Positions 55,014 through 64,000 of a stretch of DNA of 64,000 nucleotides are shown piece after piece; positions within the stretch are counted from its first letter, which is position 1; each line of letters opens with the position of its first letter. The notes under the pieces were generated by a model. That model was not told where the DNA came from and did not search any database. It worked only from the letters and a program-made list of their open reading frames with translations. The stretch lies in NCBI RefSeq assembly GCF_009914755.1, contig NC_060947.1; one strand, written 5' to 3'. Made by a program: the position numbers and the translations under genes. The stretch is from the human T2T-CHM13v2.0 reference genome, Homo sapiens.

Positions 55014-58000
55014 TTTCGTGAACAAGAAATTGGCATAGCGTCTACCCAGTCAGTAGGACAATCAATTGAAAAATCAGTCCTAGGCAGCCTTAAGTGCTCA
55101 GACTCTACATTTAGAATGCCTCTGTAGCAGTTTTGCTTAGCATCGCTCATTGCTGTACCGCAACAATATACTTTTTGCAGTCTCCTTCTATACCTCATTG
55201 ACCTGGCCCAGAGGTAGCACCAGTAGTTGAGTGAACCCACACCACTAGAACTGGCTTTTGGGGTCTTAGATGCCAAGGTACTTGGGAAGGAGGTCAGCCT
55301 ACTTACCTGGGTCCCCCCCTCAGTTGACATTGGACATTGTGCACCTGTGCACCTGAATAGAAAAAGAGGGAGTGCATGCCTCTGGAATAAGGGTGAACCA
55401 CCCTGGACTGCATAACAGGCTATGGTGGGAAGTGTTCTCTTTGGCTGGGTTGAGGATTTGGGGTAGTCTGAGATGTGAGGATGTCCTCCTCCCCGGTGAC
55501 AGCTAGGCAAGCAAATGAGCCAATAAGGCAGAGACATCAGGCCAAGGCTGGTCTCCTAAGGGCAGCTGGTAGAGAGGCCTTTGAAAGCAGGTAGCATGGC
55601 TCTACTGTTGTTACACTCAATTATGATGTTGCAGTTGTCATCATGCTATCCCCTCTCCAGAGGGATATTAATATCTCGACCTTTGGGCTGAGCTATCTAG
55701 AGTGATACTTAAAGTGACTGAAGGCAAAAAAGTTTATATTCCTGCCCCTCCTGGAACTCTACAGGAGGTTGCTGTCAGGTCAAAGAAGGATTCCTAACCA
55801 TGAGGCATGTGCTGACCTTGCTGGCAGCAATTTATCACCAGGATGCCACCTGGAGAAGAGGTAAGAGCCCAAACTCTTGGGAGAGACAGTTTGGACAAGA
55901 GGTCCCTGGAGAGGAGAATAGGTGCTCTCCAGAAGAAAAGGCAGCACAGTGTCACCACGGTAGGGACTGGGAAAACTTACCCTCTGCTTTGCCTGTAGCC
56001 ACCCAGAAAGTAATAAAAATGGAAAAGAAAAAAAGGGAGAGCCAAGAAGGAAGGGTCTGTTCCTGCTCAGAGGAGGAGTCCTATCCTCTCTCTTACCCGA
56101 GCCCCAGTCTCTCCTTAAGTACCCAGGCCAAGAACCAAATAAACAAGGGGCTGCCTGGCTCTACAGAATGCATCTGGCAGGGAACTGATTCCACCTAATG
56201 GGGAATGAAATTAAACAATTAGGAGCGATAGTACATGATGGAAAAATTGTGTCCCCACTAAAGGAACCTGTATAATTAGAGCAGAATTTGGGAAGAAGCC
56301 ACATTGGACCTCTGTTCACATCTTTATTGCTGATGTGTATTTTTGTGGATTAGAAGACTGCCCACCATTAGACCTCATAATGGCCTGGGAAGACTGTCCA
56401 GGGAAAAGGTTAGCCAAGGCCAAACATCTCCTCCACCAGTTGGACATGTTGGAGTGGAGGCAACAAATGAGGTGGGGCAGGATGACTTGACAAGACTGGA
56501 GGAGTCTGAATTGAGTCCTGAGTCCACTCAATTGTTCCTCGGGGGGCGGGGCTCCTGGGAAAATCTTCTTTACTGGGCATGGTGGCTACTGCTAAAACAA
56601 TTCAAGAGACCATAGCTGCACTGGATTTAATAGAAACTCATGAAAGACAAACTCAGAGTCAGGTGCTGCCTGCTAACACTATAATACCCTACCTGGCCTA
56701 AATCAAAGTTACTATCACCACTCAGGCTGCCCCTCCTGGGCCAAACAAACCACCTGTGGCCAGGATCCCATGTATGCATCAACCACGAGATGACGAAAAG
56801 AGGTTATGTTAGACCCTAAGGCACAAGAAGGTCCCAAATTGGATGATCTCTGGTGAATGTTTGGAGCAATTGCAATACTTACTAGGGTTAGATTACGACC
56901 CCCTCCCACCCCAGCTGGCTTTCCCTTTGGAGGTAACCTTATCTTCCACACCTGTCTCTGATGCTTGCCAAATGGCTAAGAATCTTCTCTCACACAGGGA
57001 TCCTGCAGTGTCGGAAGGCCCCTTCTGACAGACAGTTGCCCTTTCACCATATTAACTGTGGCTTGGGCACTGACAAACAACACTGGCTAACTCTGTCAGT
57101 CAGGGGTGCCCAAATCTCCCTAATGCCAACACACACACATGCTTTAAAAGGAACCCCCTCCTGGCAAGTAGGCTACCTGCTTGGAAGGGGGTTAATTAAA
57201 GGGATTAATTAAAGGGATAATTCCCCTCTTAACTATTAAAATTGGCTCAGTTTTGCTAAAAATATGCTTCTGTCCTGCTTGCCTCCCCTCCAAGATTATC
57301 CATTTCCCCATTATTGGAAGAGACCTCCTGAGGCCGCAGATAAACTCATGACATAAGACTAAGGTTTTTATGCTACTGGTGGGCACTTCCCGGAGGGAAC
57401 CAGTTAACCTGCCCCTCCTGGTTCAGGTGGTTCATATACCACAGCAGAAGCTGAAGCAGGACACTGAAGGATTATGGCCTGTCACAGGTGACATAGATAA
57501 ACAAGGAACACTGACTCCTACTACCTCACCTATCAATTCCCCATATGGCCTGCCCTAAGAGACACTACTAATCAGTGGAGACTATAGACCATAGAGAGTT
57601 CAGCAGGGCTGTTTCCTTTATTAGAGCACCTGTATAGGACATTGTTGCCTTAATGGGTGTCATTCAAAACATCAGTGGTAAGTTTATATTAATCCAGGGC
57701 ATCTAAAGCCACCAGAATTTGAATCTGGAGTTGTAGACTTGGCTAACATGTTCTGTTTAGTAAAAATTTCACAGTTGAGTCAAACACATTTCACTTCCAC
57801 CTTTGAGAGTCAATAGTACGCCTTTACCCACTTGCTTTTGGGGTATTTGTTTCCCCTCATCTTCATTGTGATGCTAGCTTTTTGGGGGATACTTAATAGC
57901 CCTCCAATTGCACAGTCATTGCCAACAGGACATAGACACCTGCCCCTCAATTTCACCAGAAACTATGCTTTGGCATTATATCGGTGACATCCTCCTCGCA

Positions 58001-58181
58001 GAACCTGACCAAGACTCTGTTTCACAGTTGATCACAACCCTCAGTAAACCACCTCTCACTGAGAGTGGATTGGCAATTACACCATGTAAGGTATAAGTCT
58101 GTAAAATTTGAAGGCTACACTAGGAACTCGGAAGGGTGTTTTTCCACTCCTGCCTGTTCAGACCTCAGAATACTACACTTT

Positions 58182-59066
58182 CCTCCTGCCTGTTCCCAAG
58201 CCAAGGACCAAGGACTACAGGCCAGTACAGGACTTGTGCTTGGTTAATCAAGCTACAGTGAGTTTACATCCAACAGTGCCTAACTGTACATGTTGTTAGG
58301 GTTGCTGTCAGCTGAGGACAGCTGGTTCACCTGCTTGGACCTGAAAGACTCTTTCTTTAGCATCAGACTAGCCCCTGAGAGCCAGAAACTGTTTGCCTTT
58401 CAGTGGGAAGATCTGGGGTCGGGTGTCACCACTCAGTACAGTTGAACCCGCCTTCCCCAAAGGTTCAAGAACTCCCCCACCATCTCTTCGAGGAAACATT
58501 GGTTCGGGACTTCCAGAAGTTTCCTGCCAGAGACCCAGGGTGCGTGTTGCTCCAGTACGTCGAGGACCTTCTGCTAGGACACCCCACAGCAGTCGGGTTT
58601 GCCAAGGGAACGGATGCCCTACTTTGGCACCTGGAGGACTGTGGGTATAAGGTGTCCAAGAAGAAAGCCTAGATCTGCTGACAGCAGGTACATCACCTGG
58701 GATTTACTATCTGACAGGCGGAGCACGGCCTGAGTTATCCGGTCTTGGTCTTGCCTCCTAAGTTTCAGGCGCTGCAGGTTTTACACTGCTGAGGTGGATC
58801 CAGGCCGGGATTCCTTCTACCTTCACAGCAGTGAGAGTGGTCAGGATGATGGGCTGGGGTCCTTCCCACCGTGCATGCAAAGGGGCTATGTTTCAGTCTT
58901 TGATCCACACTCGGTCACCTTTCCAGAACTTTGCGGTCGGTAGGCAGCATGCAGTTTCCATGTGATCCTCAATACCTTTGCTGTTTTCTGTACCAAGTCA
59001 GCCACAAACGCTGGCCCATTATCTGAGCCGATTCCTAAGGGCAGTCTAAATCTAGGAATAAGATCT
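58182..59066. mobile_element. Captured class I (gamma-like) ERV pol fragments: RT on + (58182-~58733) joined to integrase on - (~58734-59066)
   Basis: Plus strand: [18 protein letters not shown]...LLQYVEDLLL. Minus strand: DLIPRFRLPLGIGSDNGPAFVADLVQ...YRPQSSGK and WEGPQPIILTTLTAVKVEGIPAWIH. Confidence 0.88.
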
Positions 59067-62000
59067 CTACACTTTGACAGGACAGAAATAGTGTTCAGAC
59101 TATTTCCAATCTGATAAAAGACAAGCTCCTCATGCTTAAACCGCTCACATCAGTAAAGAACCCCCAACATTCATTAGGAATTATAGCACAATGCCTTCCT
59201 CACCTCCAATATTTGCTGACCCTTGCTGAATTGTCTATCGAGACACCTGTAAAGCTTCCTTTTTTCAGTAGGGACCTGAACATCTACAGTCACTGGTTGA
59301 GCTAAAGGAGGCTAATACTTTGGCTCTCCCTCTAGTGCTCCCAAGGACAAGACTTGCAATTATAAGTTTCCACTGCTCCCAAATTTGCTTCCTGGAGCCT
59401 CTGGACCAAATGGACAGGTAAATGCCTACCCATGGGCTTTTGGTGTAAGTAGCTCTCAGCCTCAGCCTAAAGTATTCACTAGACAGACACCCACTGGCAG
59501 CATATGGGGCACTTATCAAAACTGAAGCCCTGGTGGGGCAGAGAAAATTACCCTATGGACCGAGATTCCTGTTATGCCCTGGGTAATGGACAGAGCTGCC
59601 CATAAAATTGGATCAGCAACAGAAGCTTCTTTATTAAAATGAAAATGGTATCTACAGGATTGAACTACACCTGGCCCTCCTGGAGTGTCACTACTGTGTG
59701 AGGAAATGGCCACATACTCTGTCAGTGAGGTTAACTTGCCAAAACCCCTGGAAATGCCCCTGGCTCTTGCTCATTGGGGAATGGAGGGAGTATGGCCAGC
59801 ACTTTCATAACAAGAAAATTAATGTTTTTCTTTACCAATGGAGTGAGCACAGGGTATAAGGGAGTCAGATAAAGGACAGCAACAGCCTACTACCCTTATT
59901 CAAATACTCCAACTTCCATATGGGGATGGGCCAAAGTGCCCAATGGGCCAGGCTGTGTGCAACACCCCTAGAAATAGAGAAGGCCTTCGACAAACATTTT
60001 ACTAAGTTTCACATTTTTGGCAACTCCTGGTCAGTGGCTAATAGGCTATTGGGTTGGGACTTGGACAAAATCAGGGCTGGAACATACAAGGCTGACACAT
60101 TTGGGGTAAGGAGATGTGGGGGAAAATATCAGCACATTGGCCTCCACTCTGTGCATCTTTGTACACCATACCTCAGCTCACAGCAAACAATACAACCTGG
60201 AAGCTGACAAACTAGCTAAAGTACCAAAGTAGTTAATCCTTTTGAAAAGAGGGGAGACAGCAGAACTTTGGTAAGAGATACCCTTCACCCTATAAAGGAG
60301 AGGTCAGGGCATTTGGGCATCATGAGACCATGAAAATCAACTGTTAATGAGAAATAGACCCAGCAGAGAGACATTTACATGAAGCTGTTAGGGACCGTAC
60401 CATAGACCAGAAATCTAGAGACTTGGACCTACTGCACAGGAGAAGGGCTATATCAGAGCTGGCAAATCCAGTCAATTTTATTGGGCCCCTCTCTGAAGCA
60501 GCAGGAACTATTACATATGCCACAACAATGTAGTAATTCCTACACAGGCTTACTCTTGGCTTACCCACGAAAGGCACCAAGCTCTGCTAATGTTATTGAG
60601 GAACTGATAAAATAGTTTGTATGGCCTTTGGGAGTACAAAAGTTACACAAAGTTATCCAGTCAGATCAAGACTCTCACTTCTCTGCAAAGAAGATTCAAC
60701 CATAGGCATTACCAAAGAACACTGCTTGGATTTCTCATTTATTCTCTGGTCCTACAGTAGCAGGTGTCACAGAATGACAGAATGGGTTTTTTAAAACAAG
60801 GGATATTGAAAGAACATGCAGGACAATAGCATTCCCAGTAGCCAAAAATACTGCCCATAGTCATGCTTACATTAAATCCATACCTCTCTGGCATAACCGC
60901 ACTGTATTTTAATTCACAGCAAATGAGGAGACCACCAACAGAGATGCTGCAACCTCTGGTGATGTATGTACCCACTGGACACAACATGATTTACTAGTAT
61001 TAACAAACATGCGGGCCCTGAAGTGATCGCCCACAGCAAAGGAACTTGGCTCTTTCACCTCTTGCTTCTTCCTCATAGAAAATCCAGAGCCTGGTCATTT
61101 CTTTTCCCCTCAATCCTGACAAGGATCTGGCATGGACCACTCACTCTGGGTGCATTCTCAGTCTTAGTCTGTTCATTACCCAGAATAAAACTAGTAAACC
61201 ACCCACCACCATCTGGAGAGGGAAGCATCCTCATTTTCTGCCCATGTACTTTGCTCCACTAAGGGCACTATGGAACAAACTTTGACCTGCTCTGGACACC
61301 CAGGAGATTGAACCAACAACCCTTGTATCCGGTAACACCATTTGGGTGACTCCCAGAGGACAATCAGATTCCCTACTGCTGGCTGCAAATGACCTCCAAC
61401 ATTTATGCCTATGCTGTTGTTCTGCCCTTTCCTTACCTGAGAAAGTTCCTACCTTCACCAATGTCAATTATACCTCGATTGGTGGATCACCCTATCCCTG
61501 GTAATCCACACCCTACTGCTGGCAGAGTATGTATGGAAACAGCATGCCTCATACACACCACAGGGACACCCAACATAGGTCAGACTGGGAACAAAGGGAA
61601 CCATGCTCCCATTTCACTGGGTCAGTCCACAGACATCAGCACTGAGGTTAGCACTTCTCCTCCTCTCTCTACTACCACTTAGTAACATCCTTCCAGCTAA
61701 GTCAGATTGTACAATTTCACTTGTGACTCATAGATGCCTTCTAAGCTCTGTGGGCCGCCTTTTCCTTCACATCAGATGATACCCACTATTATTAACTCAT
61801 GTGCCATTAAACAAATGGAGCAATGGGCCACTATCTATTGAGCCTCGTTTAAGGAATGCCCAGAGATAGTATGCACCAAATATTACAACCAGGATGCTTG
61901 TGATTGGTGTTGTTATTAATACTATAATCCAGATACAATACCCACAAGCCATTACGGGATTGCATAGATAAAATGATAGCTTTTTCTTATCCCTGGAATT

Positions 62001-62589
62001 ATAATAAGTGCAATCGACACCCACAGTGTATACCTTTACAATTATTGGCTTCTAAGGCAATGCATACTACATGACATTACCTGGGCCAAGACATTTCTTA
62101 AAAAAAAAATCACACACACACACACACACACAAAACAACCAGCTTGGGAATTCTTCCCTAACCTAATCTTAATATACTAACTGCAAGTTTTACATAACAC
62201 TCAATGGAAGTGAACTCTACAGCAATTGCAATGCTGGCTACCCACAGTGAACAACTCATAGCTCGTGGTGTCACAGCACAGACAGTTCTTACAAGAAACA
62301 TATTTGATCTCAGGGAGAAATCTAACTACTGTTTGCATGGGAGTTTCTCCACCCACATTGATAACTATTTGCTTATAGCTATTGTGAAATTTGTCCAAAA
62401 CCACAGTTATTAAAAACTTAGAAACTATTTGAGGGCAGTTGTTGCCCAATGTTACTTTTCTGAGGGCTCCTTAAAAATCCATACACACTCCAAACCTACA
62501 GAAGACATAAACGATAATGAGAAGACATGTAATGAAACTAACTTGGGAGGAATGTTTTCATCTTCATTAAAACATTTTTATGCCTTGTC

Positions 62590-62807
62590 ATTTCTTTTTC
62601 AACTTTTATTTTAGATTCATTGGGCACATGTGCAGGTTTGTTACCTGGGTATATTGCATGATGCTGAGGTTTGGGGTACAAATGATCCCATCACCCAGGT
62701 ATTGAGCATAGTACCCAACAGTTTGTTTTTCAACCCTTGCTCCCCTCCCCCGTCCCCCTCTAGTAGTCTCCAGTGTCTCAGTAGACACTTTATGTCCATG
62801 AGTACTT
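62590..62807 (-). mobile_element. Short L1PA15/16-type 3' end inserted in the ERV
   Basis: 'caacttttattttagattcattgggcacatgtgcaggtttgttacctgggtatattgcatgatgctgaggtttgggg'. Confidence 0.85.
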
Positions 62808-63008
62808 GGGAGGAAATTTATTGGTGTAGTCACACTGCCACCTCCCAAGGGGCCACTCCTGAGGTTATTAAAGGTATACAAACCTCTTCCCTATGAAAGT
62901 TTCCGCTAAAATGGAGTCCATAAAGCTTTTGGTCCCCCACTGAAACACAATAATGTTGCAATACAAGGGAACATAAAAGGGACCTATGCCTTGATACAAT
63001 TGATATCT

Positions 63009-63315
63009 TTTTTTTTTTTTTTTTTTGAGACAGAGTCTGGATCTGTCGCCCAGGCTGGAGTGCAGTAACGTGATCTCGGCTCACTGAAACCTCTGCCTCC
63101 TGGGTTCAAGTGATTCTCCTGCCTCAGCCCCCAAGTAGCTGGGACTACAGGAGCATGCCACCACACCCGGGTAATCTTTTTTTTTTTTTCGTATTTTTAG
63201 TAGAGACGGGGTTTCACCATATTGGCCAGGCTGGTCTGGAACTCCTGACCTCGTGATCTGCCCACTTCGGCCTCCCAAAGTGCTGGGATTTCAGGCATGA
63301 GCCACTGTGCCCAGC
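63009..63315 (-). mobile_element. AluS (Sg-like) full-length element
   Basis: Poly(T) then antisense Alu dimer; TSD tgatatct (63001-63008 and 63316-63323). Confidence 0.95.
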
Positions 63316-64000
63316 TGATATCTATTTTTTTAAAAAATACTTGGTTTACCTGTTTTGTTCACTCATATGCGAGTGCCTCATAATTCAGAATCTAATTTGG
63401 TGTGTGGCTAGACTAACAACGTTCTTCTTGGACTGCCAATAACACCTGCAAAACCTATCCCACACTCATGGGAACACATCAATGCTATTTATTATTGGCA
63501 ATCAACAGGAAACTCAAGCACAATGCACAACAGTCACAGCAAGGAGGAACATGCAATTGCCAACTACACCAAACGTGCCTATAGCCTTAGCCACAGCAAC
63601 ATATAAAATGGTAAATCTAACCTAATGCAGGGCTTGCTTCTGCCAACCTGATTTTAGAAAATATAGTGTAATACTTCTTCCCTGGCAACGCTGCATCATA
63701 TACCTCACTTATTTAGATGAGCCGATTCTCCTAACCGTTGACATTCAATAACCTTATCCAGAGACTTATCTCACGTAAATGTATAGACAATGGTGGGCTG
63801 AGCCCATGACAAATTTAGTTAACCCAGGTGCTGAATGCAAGGTGGATAACACAAGCTTGTTTGACTATACCATTTTCTGCTCCTATTAACACAACCTGGA
63901 ACTTCTGGAACTTCACAAAGCCATGTGAACTTCCCTTCAGTGGAACAGAGAATTCAGGCAGCAGAGGGAGCCTGGAGGTCCTGTAAAGGAATCAGATGGC

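Larger units (their letters stand above)
55014..64000 (+). mobile_element. Heavily decayed ERVL-class internal region (gag-pol and 3' region), running off the window end
   Basis: RT remnants PTTSPINSP, DLANMF and WHYIGDILL (YIDD homologue); RNase H/IN-like segments ('cagtcagatcaagactctcacttc', QSDQ-SHF); no long ORF survives. Confidence 0.7.

Noticed and set aside
57185-57230. Direct repeat ttaattaaaggga x2 with an imperfect inverted flank
   Set aside because: It is a 13-bp slippage duplication inside a decayed ERV, with no evidence of function.

Overview
This is primate genomic DNA, very likely human, from Xp11.21. The only intact protein-coding gene is ZXDA on the minus strand (true ATG at 46091, stop at 43692, 799 aa, intronless CDS, 10 C2H2 zinc fingers). 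It sits in a CpG island and has an approximately 2.6-kb 3' UTR. Bases 1-35 kb are an almost continuous nest of LINE-1 elements of several ages, with a truncated HERV-K22/HML-5 provirus (its env interrupted by a class I solo LTR), a full MST MaLR and a full THE1 MaLR inserted into them. Bases 35-41 kb are AT-rich with L2, MER1A and L1M relics. Upstream of ZXDA lie ancient L1M, an ERVL-type LTR, an unexplained non-repeat block with exon-like segments, and a decayed ERVL-type provirus (54-64 kb). I found no clearly new biological system. The best leads are: (i) an apparent ZXDB-type patch in the ZXDA coding sequence, possibly gene conversion; (ii) an LTR-less, internally inverted, apparently spliced class I ERV pol cassette captured inside the ERVL pol with templated filler; (iii) an exact 23-bp templated insertion copied from 1.8 kb away; (iv) a strong splice acceptor and an ancient L1 fragment just upstream of the retrogene start. 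Repeat subfamily names and paralog comparisons come from recalled consensus and protein sequences, not from a search.
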